The notes beneath the pieces were generated by a model, which ran no database searches, was not told the DNA's origin, and saw only the letters and a list, made by a program, of their open reading frames with translations. Below are positions 9,458 through 19,888 of a stretch of DNA of 64,000 nt, one piece after another (the stretch's first letter is position 1; each line of letters starts with the position of its first letter). Source of the DNA: an uncultured Bacilli bacterium (GTDB lineage Bacteria > Bacillota_I > Bacilli_A > RF39 > UBA660); NCBI GenBank assembly GCA_934162445.1, contig CAKPIT010000002.1:11101-75100 (forward strand). The letters run 5' to 3'. The translations under genes were made by a program, and so were the position numbers.

Positions 9458-11206
9458 TTACATTTTTTCTGGAACTTCTATTCCTAAAAGGTTAAGTAAT
9501 TCAAGATTGGTATCTTTAACAAGATTAGTTAGAGTTAACCAACTTTCACGAATATTATTATCTTGTTCTTTCAAGATATGATGTTCTTCATAGAAACGAC
9601 TATAAAGACTTGTTAGGTTATATAAATAATCGGCAATAACATTTAATTCTTTATTATTATAGGCTTTATGTAAAATATTATTCTTCTCAAGAAGATAAAG
9701 AATTAATTCTTTTTCTGTACCTGTTGGGATATTAGTATAGTGTTTATAACTTATGTTGTTAAGAGAGGCTTTGCGTAAAATAGATTTCATACGAATGGTA
9801 TTGTATAAAAGATAAGGACCAGTTTTACCTTCAACATCAATAAATTTGGCAGGATCAAAGATATAGTCTGTAGTACGGTTAGAGATAATATCAGCATATT
9901 TGATAGCAGCAATAGTAACTTTTTCGGCAATTTCATCTTTTTCTTGATTATCCATATCTTTATGCATATGAGAAATAATTTCTTCTTTAACGCTTGCTAG
10001 TAGAGATTTTAAACTAGCAGCTTCGCCATCTCTTGTTTTAAATGGTTTACCATCTTTACCGTTCATGGTTCCGAAGCCATAGTGGTTTAGTTTGGTATTT
10101 GAATTGACAAGACCAGTTTTATATGAAGCTCTAAATACTTGTTCGAAGTATAAAGATTGTCTGATATCGGCTATATACCAAATTTCATCGGGTGCAAAAC
10201 GACTCATCCTTGAAGTGATGGTGGCTAGTTCTCTTGTAGCATAAAGGGTGGCCCCATTACTTTTAATAACTACTAATGGTGGCATAGGGGCTTTATCGGT
10301 ATCTAGTTTAACATCAACAATTTTAGCGCCTTCACTATCAATTAAGTAACCAGAATCTTCCATTATTTTTAAAGTTTCAGGGATATATTTGTAGCTATCA
10401 CTTTCCCCTTCCCATAAATCAAAATCAGTATTAAGGCGTTTATATAGTTTTTTAATATCTTTAACTGAAAGTTCTTTGATTTTATTCCATAGGGCTACAT
10501 AACCTTTATTACTATTATTTTCAAGTTCCTTAGTTATTTGTTGAACCTCTTGCATGATCGTTTCATCTTCTTTAGCTTTAATGCTGGCAGTTGGATAAAG
10601 CTTATCAAGTTCTTCGCCGGTAATTGGTAATTCGTCCCACTTTTCTTCTTCTTGACCACTAAAATAGTTTAAGTTTGGATAACGAGTCTTTAATTCATAA
10701 ATAACCATACCAGATTGGCGGCCAATATCGCCAAAGTGAACATCGGCTATTACTTCTTTACCAAGGTATTTAGTTAATCTTTTAATAGCTTCACCAATAT
10801 TGGCACTACGAAGATGACCAACATGAAGGGTTTTAGCAATATTGGCACCACCATAGTCAATCATAATTTTTGTCTTTTCTAGTTTTTCCACATCTTTTGA
10901 TGGATCAGAAATAATGTTTTCCACAAAAGTTGTTAATAACTCTTTTTTAAAACTTAAATTAACAAAACCGGCTCCTGCTATATTAATATTTTCGAAGTAG
11001 TTTGTTTCTTCAAGAGCGTCAGCAATAGTAGTTGCTATTTCATGAGGAGATTTATGCATTATTTTGGCTAATTTCATAGCATCATTTATTTGGTAATCCC
11101 CAAGGTCTTTTCTACTGTTTGGAATTAAACTTATTTCCATTATTGGTAAGTCATGTTCTTGTAATTTTTTTAATATTTCTTTATTTACAGTTGTTAAAAT
11201 ACTCAT
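9458..11206 (-). CDS. argS: Arginine--tRNA ligase
   Basis: ANIAKTLHVGHLRS (HIGH-like) and class I ArgRS layout; GGAGG RBS before the ATG at 11206. Confidence 0.95.
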   Translation of the reverse strand: MSILTTVNKEILKKLQEHDLPIMEISLIPNSRKDLGDYQINDAMKLAKIMHKSPHEIATTIADALEETNYFENINIAGAGFVNLSFKKELLTTFVENIISDPSKDVEKLEKTKIMIDYGGANIAKTLHVGHLRSANIGEAIKRLTKYLGKEVIADVHFGDIGRQSGMVIYELKTRYPNLNYFSGQEEEKWDELPITGEELDKLYPTASIKAKEDETIMQEVQQITKELENNSNKGYVALWNKIKELSVKDIKKLYKRLNTDFDLWEGESDSYKYIPETLKIMEDSGYLIDSEGAKIVDVKLDTDKAPMPPLVVIKSNGATLYATRELATITSRMSRFAPDEIWYIADIRQSLYFEQVFRASYKTGLVNSNTKLNHYGFGTMNGKDGKPFKTRDGEAASLKSLLASVKEEIISHMHKDMDNQEKDEIAEKVTIAAIKYADIISNRTTDYIFDPAKFIDVEGKTGPYLLYNTIRMKSILRKASLNNISYKHYTNIPTGTEKELILYLLEKNNILHKAYNNKELNVIADYLYNLTSLYSRFYEEHHILKEQDNNIRESWLTLTNLVKDTNLELLNLLGIEVPEKM

Positions 11207-11565
11207 AATATCCTCCATTCTATTTGATAAATATGATTATAATTATTACCATCAATGTTATATTCAACTTCATAATTATTATCGTTTCTTTTTATTTGAT
11301 AAGTTTTAAGTTTAACATATCCACAGCGTTTTGTATCTTTTAAATAGATTTCAAAATCATTTTCACTGTTTTCTTTATATTTGTAACTTAGAATTATTTC
11401 AGCAGTTTCACGAAGCAGAATATCATCGTTAATAAATAAGGTTACTAAGGCATTTTGATCTTGATATTTAATTATTTTCTTTTTAGGATCATATTTACCT
11501 TCACCTTCATAAATTTGACAATCATCTTTACTTATAATTTTGGCTTTAATTAATACTTTTTTCAT
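11203..11565 (-). CDS. DUF1934 (YwiB-like) beta-barrel protein
   Basis: 120 aa, translationally coupled to argS as ywiB-argS is in Bacillus. Confidence 0.7.
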   Translation of the reverse strand: MKKVLIKAKIISKDDCQIYEGEGKYDPKKKIIKYQDQNALVTLFINDDILLRETAEIILSYKYKENSENDFEIYLKDTKRCGYVKLKTYQIKRNDNNYEVEYNIDGNNYNHIYQIEWRIL

Positions 11566-11661
11566 GGAAACTCCTTTTTCTCTTTGTGATTATAACAAAA
11601 AATAGAAAAAGTTACAACTATTAGGTTTGATTAAGTGAATTTTGGATATTACTATTAGTGG

Positions 11662-13617
11662 GTGAAAACGATGAAAATATTTAAAAGAAGTTTAAAAATC
11701 ATGGGAATAGCAATGGGAATTTTTATAGCTGCACATATTGCTATATACACTTATGCGAAAGTAACACCTAAAATTGAAATTAAAAATGCTAATAGTTTTA
11801 TGTTATTTGATAGTAATAATGAAGTGTTTTTTCAAGGGAGTGGATCAAGGGAATGGGTAGGACTTGATGATATTTCTCCTTATGTAATTAAGGCTACAAT
11901 TGATACTGAGGATAAGTGGTTTTATAAACATAAAGGGTTTGATTACTTAAGAATTATGAAGGCTATTTTTATTAATATTGTTAATAGAAAAACGAGTCAG
12001 GGGGCAAGTACTATTACCCAACAGTATGCCAAGAATTTGTTTTTAGATTTTGATAAGACGTGGAAAAGAAAATGGGATGAGATGTGGTATACAATTGAAA
12101 TTGAGGCTCATTATGGAAAAGATGAAATCTTGGAAGGATATTTAAATACAATCAATTATGGTCATGGAAAGTATGGAATTGAAAATGCTAGTAGATTCTA
12201 TTTTGGAAAAAGTGCAAAGAATTTAACCTTGGCAGAAGCGGCAATGCTTACAGGAATTCCAAAGTCTCCTAGTAATTATTCACCTCTTGTTAATTTAGAA
12301 AAGGCAACCAAAAGACAACAATTAATTCTTAAGAATATGTTAAAAGATAAGATTATTTCTAAAGCAGAATATAATAAGGCAATTGATGAAGAGTTATTCT
12401 TTGTGGGAAAAGAAGATGATATCTTATTAGAGAGTGTAATGTATTATCAAAATGCAGTTACTGAAGAACTTAGAGGCTTAAAAGAAATTAAGGATACTTT
12501 TTTAGAAAAGGGAGGATTAAAAGTATATACTAGTCTTGATTTAAAGATGCAAAAGGAACTTGAGAGTATTACAAAGGAGACAATGCCTGATAGTGAACTT
12601 GAGACGGCTAGTGTTATGATGAATCCTTATAATGGCAGAATTATAGCTCTTGTGGGGGGTAAAAATTATAGTAAATCCGAGTTTAACCGGGCGGTTGATG
12701 CTAGAAGACAAGTAGGGTCAACGATGAAACCATTTTTATATTATGCGGCTTTAGAAAACGGATTTACCGCATCGACTACTTTTACCAGTCAAGAGACTAC
12801 TTTTACTTTTAATAGTAAAGATACTTATTCGCCTAAAAATTATAATGATACTTATGGTCATAAACCAATTTCTATGGCTACGGCTATCGCTTATTCTGAA
12901 AATGTGTATGCTGTTAAAACCCATATGTTTTTGGGAGAAGATACCCTTATTAATATGGCAAGACGAGTGGGAATTACGGCTAAACTTGATAAAGTACCTT
13001 CTCTTGCACTTGGAACTAGTGAAATTAGTATGTTAGAAATGGCGGCGGGATACTCTGCTTTTGCCAATAATGGTTATAAAGTTAAACCACATTTAATTAC
13101 AAAGGTAGTAGATAAGGAAGGTAATGTTTTATATGAGGCGAATGAGGAAAAAGATTTAATTTTAAATTCTAGTTTAACTTTTATTTTAGATAATTTACTT
13201 ACTACTACTTATAATCAAGCATTTATTGATTATAATTATCCAACAGCTGTTAATTTAGCAAGTCGAATGACGCATAAATATGCTTTAAAAAGTGGTACAA
13301 CTAATACGGATAACTGGTATATTGGATATAATAAAGATATTGTAACAGCCGTGTGGTGTGGGTATGATGATAACAGAAATCTTTCTTCTAAGGAATATAA
13401 ATATGCCCAAAATATTTGGTTAAAGGCAATGGAAGGATTTATGAGTGATAAGGTTGATGATTGGTATAAACAACCTAGTAATGTGACTAGTGTTTTAGTA
13501 AATCCGATTACAGGAAAGCCTGCTACTGATAATGACGATAAAAAGGTGGAAATGTATTATATAAAAGGAACAGAACCACATGAAGATGATCCTGTTTTTG
13601 ATGAAAAAGGTTGGTAG
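11662..13617 (+). CDS. Class A penicillin-binding protein (GT51 glycosyltransferase + transpeptidase)
   Basis: EDKWFYKHKGFD and GASTITQQ (GT51); STMKP, SEN and KSGTT (transpeptidase). The start may be the ATG at 11671. Confidence 0.93.
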   Translation: MKTMKIFKRSLKIMGIAMGIFIAAHIAIYTYAKVTPKIEIKNANSFMLFDSNNEVFFQGSGSREWVGLDDISPYVIKATIDTEDKWFYKHKGFDYLRIMKAIFINIVNRKTSQGASTITQQYAKNLFLDFDKTWKRKWDEMWYTIEIEAHYGKDEILEGYLNTINYGHGKYGIENASRFYFGKSAKNLTLAEAAMLTGIPKSPSNYSPLVNLEKATKRQQLILKNMLKDKIISKAEYNKAIDEELFFVGKEDDILLESVMYYQNAVTEELRGLKEIKDTFLEKGGLKVYTSLDLKMQKELESITKETMPDSELETASVMMNPYNGRIIALVGGKNYSKSEFNRAVDARRQVGSTMKPFLYYAALENGFTASTTFTSQETTFTFNSKDTYSPKNYNDTYGHKPISMATAIAYSENVYAVKTHMFLGEDTLINMARRVGITAKLDKVPSLALGTSEISMLEMAAGYSAFANNGYKVKPHLITKVVDKEGNVLYEANEEKDLILNSSLTFILDNLLTTTYNQAFIDYNYPTAVNLASRMTHKYALKSGTTNTDNWYIGYNKDIVTAVWCGYDDNRNLSSKEYKYAQNIWLKAMEGFMSDKVDDWYKQPSNVTSVLVNPITGKPATDNDDKKVEMYYIKGTEPHEDDPVFDEKGW

Positions 13618-13665
13618 TATAAATTTATTCATTTTAGCATATATTTTTCTCGAAAGGATGATATT

Positions 13666-13998
13666 ATGAATAATAATTATGGAGGATTTGTTAATCCTAA
13701 TCAAGGTACAGAGCCTCCTTATCAAAATTTTAATTACAATCAAGGAAATATGACTAATCCAAATGAGGCTCCTTATGCTGAGAATATTTTGGAACTTAAT
13801 ATAGGAAAAACAGCGAATTTTTATATGTCATATTCTGATTCTTTGGAGTGGCGGGACCGAGTATTTTCAGGTGTTATTGTAGCGGCTGGAAGAGATTATG
13901 CAGTTATTAGGGATAGTAATACTAATCGTAACTTTCTATTATGGACCGTTTATCTTAATTATGTAGAATTTTTAGAAAATATTATTCTTAAAAGATAA
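13666..13998 (+). CDS. gerQ: Spore coat protein GerQ
   Basis: Q/N/P-rich N-terminus followed by the conserved GerQ core (YAENILELNIGK...VIVAAGRDYAVIRD...LLWTVYLNYVEF). Confidence 0.8.
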   Translation: MNNNYGGFVNPNQGTEPPYQNFNYNQGNMTNPNEAPYAENILELNIGKTANFYMSYSDSLEWRDRVFSGVIVAAGRDYAVIRDSNTNRNFLLWTVYLNYVEFLENIILKR

Positions 13999-14051
13999 AA
14001 ATTGTTTCTTCTCTTGTTATTTGTTATAATAAGAATGAGGATGTGATATGA

Positions 14052-14582
14052 ATGATTTATTTAATTATTGGAGGCTTGGTTGTTGTTTTCGGGTTAATCA
14101 TATTCTTTATGATTAAATATTACCGTAATAAGTATAATTTTCTTTATATTAAAGTGAAGGAAGCTGATAATAATTTAGATATTTTATTACAGAAACAAGA
14201 AGAAATTCTTTTAAAAATAGTACCTATTTTAGAAAAAGCGAAAATTAAAGACATTCCCGTGGTGGTTAAAGTTAAATCAATGCGATTAACACATCAAAAG
14301 TTATATCAAGAATTAATGAAGATGACAGAAGAAATGTTAAAATTAATTGATGAAAATGAAGAGAAAATTGACAATAAAAAGCTTAATTCTTTAATGGATA
14401 AGTTAGAAGAAAATGAAAATGATTTACGAGGCGCTTTAAAATATTATAATGATAATAGTGAAGAAATTAATTATTTAGCACATAAGTTTCCTGCTAATAT
14501 AGTTAAAAAAGTTTTTCATTATCAAGATGTTGATACTTATAAAATAAAGAGAAGAGAAACTTTTGAGATTTTAAAAAATTAA
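14052..14582 (+). CDS. LemA-family membrane-anchored protein
   Basis: N-terminal TM and coiled region; C-terminal LKYYNDNSEEINYLAHKFPANIV resembles the LemA motif. Confidence 0.6.
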   Translation: MIYLIIGGLVVVFGLIIFFMIKYYRNKYNFLYIKVKEADNNLDILLQKQEEILLKIVPILEKAKIKDIPVVVKVKSMRLTHQKLYQELMKMTEEMLKLIDENEEKIDNKKLNSLMDKLEENENDLRGALKYYNDNSEEINYLAHKFPANIVKKVFHYQDVDTYKIKRRETFEILKN

Positions 14583-14600
14583 TATATTTGAAACCTTAGA

Positions 14601-14634
14601 AAAAGGACTGTTACTAATTAGGTACAGTCCTTTT
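14601..14634. terminator. Bidirectional intrinsic terminator between the convergent lemA-like gene and ung
   Basis: aaaaggactgt...acagtcctttt: perfect stem flanked by an A-run and a T-run. Confidence 0.8.
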
Positions 14635-14651
14635 AAATATATATCTTAAAA

Positions 14652-15326
14652 TCAATCTTCTTTGGTTTCAATATTCCAATTAATAGGAGTTAAGCCTTTA
14701 GAAATTAGAAAGTTATTGGTTTTAGAAAAAGGCTTACTGCCAAAGAAACCGTTATTCGCTGAGAATGGGGATGGATGAGCGGATTCAATAATATAATGAT
14801 TTTTGTTAGTGATAAGACTTTTTTTGGCTTTAGCAAAATTACCCCAAAGAATAAAGACAATTGGTTCTTCTTTTTTATTTAAAATCTCAATTACTTTATC
14901 GGTAAATATTTCCCAACCATGGCCTTTATGAGAAGCTGCTAGATTGGCTTCAACGGTTAAAACTGAGTTTAAAAGTAATACGCCCTGTTCAGTCCATGGA
15001 ATTAAACTACTATGTTCGGGAAAAGGAATATTTAAGTCACTTTCTAATTCTTTAAAGATATTTTTTAAACTTGGGGGCTTTCTGATGCCATTTTTAACAG
15101 AGAAAGAAAGGCCTTCCGCTTCGCCGTAACCGTGATATGGATCTTGGCCTAGAATAACCACTTTAACATTACGATATGGGGTATGACGAAATGCATTAAA
15201 TATTTCATTTTGAGGGGGATATATTTCTTTTTTGTGATATTCTTCTTTAACAAAATTTACTAAGTCAAGAAAATATGGCTTTTCATATTCTTCTTTTAGA
15301 TAAATGTCCCAATCGTTACCTATCAT
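14652..15326 (-). CDS. ung: Uracil-DNA glycosylase
   Basis: VVILGQDPYHG and AHPSPFSA motifs. Confidence 0.96.
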   Translation of the reverse strand: MIGNDWDIYLKEEYEKPYFLDLVNFVKEEYHKKEIYPPQNEIFNAFRHTPYRNVKVVILGQDPYHGYGEAEGLSFSVKNGIRKPPSLKNIFKELESDLNIPFPEHSSLIPWTEQGVLLLNSVLTVEANLAASHKGHGWEIFTDKVIEILNKKEEPIVFILWGNFAKAKKSLITNKNHYIIESAHPSPFSANNGFFGSKPFSKTNNFLISKGLTPINWNIETKED

Positions 15327-15335
15327 ATTTACCTC

Positions 15336-15791
15336 CTATTTGTGATATGATTCATTATTTCTTATTTTGTATGAGCGATATAATTGTTCTAGTAGAATAA
15401 CTCTAAACAGTTGATGAGGAAAAGTTAATTTGGAAAAAGATAAAGCGTAATTGCTTCTTTGTTTGACTTCATCTGATAACCCATAGCTACCACCTATGAT
15501 AAAGGTTAGATTGCTGTTTTCACTTTCAAACTGAGCGAGTTTACTTGCTAATTCTAGGGAAGTAACACTTTGTCCATTAATGTCTAAGGTTATCACAAAG
15601 TCCTTATCTTTTATGTGCTTTAAAATGTTTTCTCCCTCTTCTTTTTTGCATTTATCGCAGTCATTATAGTTAACATCTGGTAATTCAATGATGTCTAGTT
15701 TTGTATATTTTGATAGCCTTTTTTGATATTCATCAATGGCTTCTTTTAGGTATTTTTCTTTGATTTTACCGACACATATTAACTTTTTCAT
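15336..15791 (-). CDS. rlmH: 23S rRNA (pseudouridine1915-N3)-methyltransferase RlmH (SPOUT)
   Basis: Family-typical N-terminus, IGGSYGLS motif; 151 aa. Confidence 0.9.
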   Translation of the reverse strand: MKKLICVGKIKEKYLKEAIDEYQKRLSKYTKLDIIELPDVNYNDCDKCKKEEGENILKHIKDKDFVITLDINGQSVTSLELASKLAQFESENSNLTFIIGGSYGLSDEVKQRSNYALSFSKLTFPHQLFRVILLEQLYRSYKIRNNESYHK

Positions 15792-16557
15792 TATTGATAA
15801 CCTCTATTTCTTGTAAGGATTCTGTTTGCTTAGCAATGATGATACTAACTTGATATGAAGTAGTTTTTAAAACTTCAGATGTAGCTTGTAATGCTAAGGC
15901 TTCGCTGTTATTATGTTCACTTAAGTGGGCAAGAATAATAGTTTTAGTGTTTGAACCTATTAATTTTTGTAAGTATCTGGCCGTGGTCTTATTAGATAAA
16001 TGGCCTTCATCACTGATAATTCGTTGTTTTAAATAATAAGGATAAGGCCCATTCATTAACATTTCTTCATCATGATTGCTTTCAATATAGTAAATGTTTT
16101 TATTAGTGAGCATTTTAAAGTATTTTCTATTTAAATAGCCGGTATCAGTAATATAAACAAGGCTAGCATTATCTTCTTCAAAAAGGAAGCCAACAGAACC
16201 TTTGGCATCATGGCTGGTTTTAAAGACTTTAATAATTAAATTATTATAGACAATTTCATCAGCATAGTCTTCTTGTCTTAAAAGAGAAATCTCATCTTTT
16301 AATTCTTTTCTTATTTCATTATTAGCATAAATTTTGAAGTTAGTGTGTTTCATTAAAACTTTTAAGCCACTAGTATGATCGTTATGAGAATGGGTTAAAA
16401 GAATAAAGTCAAGATCATTGGGAGTTAGATTAATGGTTTCTAGTTCTTTTTTTAAGTGTTGATAAGTGATACCAATATCAACAAGAAAACGAGTGGTCTT
16501 TGTTTCTATATAGGAACAGTTACCTTTTGAACCACTCGCTAAGACTTTAATTTTCAT
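15766..16557 (-). CDS. MBL-fold metallo-hydrolase (YycJ/WalJ-like)
   Basis: LTHSHNDH metallo-beta-lactamase motif; 263 aa. Confidence 0.85.
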   Translation of the reverse strand: MKIKVLASGSKGNCSYIETKTTRFLVDIGITYQHLKKELETINLTPNDLDFILLTHSHNDHTSGLKVLMKHTNFKIYANNEIRKELKDEISLLRQEDYADEIVYNNLIIKVFKTSHDAKGSVGFLFEEDNASLVYITDTGYLNRKYFKMLTNKNIYYIESNHDEEMLMNGPYPYYLKQRIISDEGHLSNKTTARYLQKLIGSNTKTIILAHLSEHNNSEALALQATSEVLKTTSYQVSIIIAKQTESLQEIEVINNEKVNMCR

Positions 16558-18086
16558 TAGAATAGAGCCATTGGATTCATTGAACTAGAACCTCTTGAAT
16601 ATGGGAAGCCTTTGAAAAGACCAAAGTGTAAGTGAACTCCTGTGGCAAAACCTGTTTTTCCCATAGCTCCGATGGTATCTCCTATTGAAACTTCTTGACC
16701 AACACTAACATAACGATCAGAAAGATGAGCATACATTGTGTAATAACCATTATTATGATTGATAACAATATATTGTCCATTATCATATTTATAACTTGAG
16801 GCTACAACAATACCGTTATTAGCAGCATAAATTGGAGAACCAAAGCCTGCTCCTGCTATATCTATTCCATCATGTAGAACTCCCCAACGATATGCATAAG
16901 GACTACTTATGTAATATGGAGTTCTAGTAGGCCATAACCAATAACCGGCAATTTTGGTATTACTACTTAATTCTTTATTAGAGCCACCAATACCACCACT
17001 ATAACTATTTTTCTTGGTACCTTTAACAACTATTTCTTTAATAGGTTCTTTTATGACTTTCGTGGCACTATTATCAATAACCGCACTTTCAACTTGACCA
17101 TTTACTTTTTGAACCTTGGAAGTTACTAGCTGTGAACCTTTAACGCCTTGTTGAAGAGTTTCGGTGTATGAGGTTGGTTTGCTACTATCTTCTCTTGTTT
17201 CGGTTTCATAAGGAATATCTTGGGTAGCAACTTGATGATCAACTTCTACTAAACGGAATTGAGGTTTAATAATACTAATAGTTACTTGTTGACCTTCATA
17301 TAAAAGACTACTAGCATTAGTAAATTCTGGGTTGGCTATTAAAAATTCTTCGTTTGAAAGCTTATTGTTGAATGAGACATCAGAAATGGTATCACCACTT
17401 TTAACTGTATACTTTTGATGTTCATCTAATGACCCATATAGTAAGTATTTACTTAAATCATCAGTATCTTCATAAATGGTAGTATTGGTTGGAATATTAG
17501 TTTCTTTAACAGTTACTTTGTTTTCAATATAAACATTTTCAAGAATAGTTCCGGTTTTACCATCTTCTATTTTTTCTTGAGTATTTTTTAAATATTTATC
17601 ATAACTTTCATTATTAACAAAAGATCTAACGGTTCTATCCATAGCATCTAAAAATACTTGTTTATCTAAAACATAAATAGTTTGATCTTTACCTTTGATT
17701 TTTTCTCCTTGTTCAGTAGTCGTATCTATGCCACTAATTTTTATTTCATACCCTTTGATCGTAAATGGTTCAATGTCTTTAATTTTATTGTAGATTTCTT
17801 TGGTTGTATCGATTTTTTCATCATAGGTTATATCACTAACGATTTTTAAATCGGCAGGAGCATAAATTTTATCAGCATTATACTTTTCTTTTAATGTCTT
17901 TTGTTCATTATCAATATATTTATCTAATGAATTTTTATCAGTTATTAATCCCACAGATTTACCGGCTAGATAGACACGATAAACTTTCTTTGGTTGTTTG
18001 ACGTTATTTTGGGGAGTAATAATTATAATTAGAAAGCTTAAAATGAGTGCTAAAGCTATAAATATACTGTTTTTAAAATTAGGCAT
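16557..18086 (-). CDS. Secreted LysM + G5-like + M23 peptidoglycan endopeptidase
   Basis: LysM-like YTVKSGDTISDV; intact M23 motifs LHDGIDIAG and HLHFGLF; N-terminal TM segment. Confidence 0.85.
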   Translation of the reverse strand: MPNFKNSIFIALALILSFLIIIITPQNNVKQPKKVYRVYLAGKSVGLITDKNSLDKYIDNEQKTLKEKYNADKIYAPADLKIVSDITYDEKIDTTKEIYNKIKDIEPFTIKGYEIKISGIDTTTEQGEKIKGKDQTIYVLDKQVFLDAMDRTVRSFVNNESYDKYLKNTQEKIEDGKTGTILENVYIENKVTVKETNIPTNTTIYEDTDDLSKYLLYGSLDEHQKYTVKSGDTISDVSFNNKLSNEEFLIANPEFTNASSLLYEGQQVTISIIKPQFRLVEVDHQVATQDIPYETETREDSSKPTSYTETLQQGVKGSQLVTSKVQKVNGQVESAVIDNSATKVIKEPIKEIVVKGTKKNSYSGGIGGSNKELSSNTKIAGYWLWPTRTPYYISSPYAYRWGVLHDGIDIAGAGFGSPIYAANNGIVVASSYKYDNGQYIVINHNNGYYTMYAHLSDRYVSVGQEVSIGDTIGAMGKTGFATGVHLHFGLFKGFPYSRGSSSMNPMALF

Positions 18087-18089
18087 ATT

Positions 18090-19436
18090 TTATTGTTCCT
18101 CCTCTTCTTTTTTAGTAGCATTTCTAAAGGTTGATGTGTCTTTTTTAAAGATTAAGTTGATAGTAGCTTGAGGACCATTACGATGCTTAGCAATAATAAA
18201 TTCACTAAGACTGGTTGAATCCTTACTAGCTTCTTTGGTGTAATAATCATCACGATATAAAAATCCTACTAAATCGGCATCTTGCTCAATTGAACCTGAT
18301 TCTCTTAAATCAGATAGCATTGGTCGTTTATCTTCTCTTCCTTCAACACTACGAGATAATTGGGCAAGAGCAATGACTGGAATGTGTAATTCCATGGCAA
18401 GAGTTTTTAAACTACGAGAAATATCAGCAACCTCTTGTTGACGGTTAGCACCATAGTTTTTTCCGCCGGAAATTAATTGCAAATAATCGATGATTACTAA
18501 GTCAAGACCATCACTACTTGATGAAAGACGACGACATTTTGCTCTTATTTCACCAATAGTAATACCCGGAGTATCATCAATATATAATTTGGCATCTTGT
18601 AATTTACTTACGGCTTGATCAAATCGTTTCCAATCATTATTTAACATTTTACCAGTTCTTAATTTGTATCCTTCAATTTGACCAAGGGAAGAAATAATAC
18701 GATTGGCTAGTTGTTCAGCGCCCATTTCTAAGTTGAAAACGGCTACGGTTTTATCTGTATGGGTGGTAACGTATGTAGCAAGATTTAAAGCGAAAGCTGT
18801 TTTTCCCATAGCAGGACGAGCGGCTAATATTATTAGCTCATTTTCATGTAATCCTGAAGTTATACGATCAAGATCATACCAACCAGTGGGAATACCGGTT
18901 ATTTCACCTTTAGCTTCTGCTAATTGTTGAAGATCTTGTTCGGTTTTTACTAAAACATTTTGAATAGTTTTAAATTCACTAGTTTTACGATTTTTAGCAA
19001 TAGTTAAAATTTTACGTTCTGCTTGATCTAAAATATCATTAATACTCTCTTCACTGTTATATCCGGATGAGGCAATGCCTTCGGCTGTTTCAATTAAGTT
19101 TCTTAGAAGAGAGGCATTTAATACTTCTTTAATATAGTACTCTACATTAGTAGCAGTAGGAACAAAAGTGGTTATTTCGGTTAAATAAATAACTCCACCC
19201 GAATCATTTAAGAAATTTAATTTGGTTAACATAGTTGTCAAAGTAGTAAGATCAACAGGTATTTTTTCTTCATTTAAAGCTTTTAAGGCCTTAAATATTT
19301 TTTGATGACGAGTATCATAAAAATCTTGTTCATCTAAATTTTCAACCGTTAATAACAGAGCACTTTTGGATAAAAAGCAAGAACCTAAAACACTTTTTTC
19401 AGCTTCAATATTTTGAGGTAATTGTTTTAAGGCCAT
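18090..19436 (-). CDS. dnaB: Replicative DNA helicase (DnaB family; DnaC in B. subtilis nomenclature)
   Basis: ARPAMGKTAFALN Walker A; LAQLSRSVEGR. Confidence 0.97.
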   Translation of the reverse strand: MALKQLPQNIEAEKSVLGSCFLSKSALLLTVENLDEQDFYDTRHQKIFKALKALNEEKIPVDLTTLTTMLTKLNFLNDSGGVIYLTEITTFVPTATNVEYYIKEVLNASLLRNLIETAEGIASSGYNSEESINDILDQAERKILTIAKNRKTSEFKTIQNVLVKTEQDLQQLAEAKGEITGIPTGWYDLDRITSGLHENELIILAARPAMGKTAFALNLATYVTTHTDKTVAVFNLEMGAEQLANRIISSLGQIEGYKLRTGKMLNNDWKRFDQAVSKLQDAKLYIDDTPGITIGEIRAKCRRLSSSSDGLDLVIIDYLQLISGGKNYGANRQQEVADISRSLKTLAMELHIPVIALAQLSRSVEGREDKRPMLSDLRESGSIEQDADLVGFLYRDDYYTKEASKDSTSLSEFIIAKHRNGPQATINLIFKKDTSTFRNATKKEEEEQ

Positions 19437-19446
19437 ATTATCCCTC

Positions 19447-19887
19447 CTATTTTACTAAATGCACCTTTACTTGGGCAATTACACCTTTATATAATTCTAT
19501 TTCTATTTTGTGAAATCCTAAAGTTGATAAAGTCTCTTTGGAATTAAGCATATTCTTTTCAATTTTGTAGCCTAGTTTATTAAGTTCTTCTTTTATTTGT
19601 TTAATACTAACACTACCAAAAACTTTATCCCCCTCCCCTGTTTTTACTTTAAAGGTTAAGGTTTCTTTTTCAAGTTTTTCTTTTATTTTTAAGGCTTCTT
19701 GTTCTAAGGCTTGTTCTTTAGCCTCTTTTTTTAAATTATCTTGTTTTAAAAGTTCTAGATTAGTAGGAGTTGCTAAAATAGCATAACCTTTTTTTATTAA
19801 GAAATTATTGCCATAACCGGTTTTAACTTCTTTTATTTCACCCTTTTTACCTTGATTTTTTAAGTCTTTTATAAAAATTACTTTCAT
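19447..19887 (-). CDS. rplI: 50S ribosomal protein L9
   Basis: [21 protein letters not shown]. Confidence 0.96.
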   Translation of the reverse strand: MKVIFIKDLKNQGKKGEIKEVKTGYGNNFLIKKGYAILATPTNLELLKQDNLKKEAKEQALEQEALKIKEKLEKETLTFKVKTGEGDKVFGSVSIKQIKEELNKLGYKIEKNMLNSKETLSTLGFHKIEIELYKGVIAQVKVHLVK

Positions 19888-19888
19888 G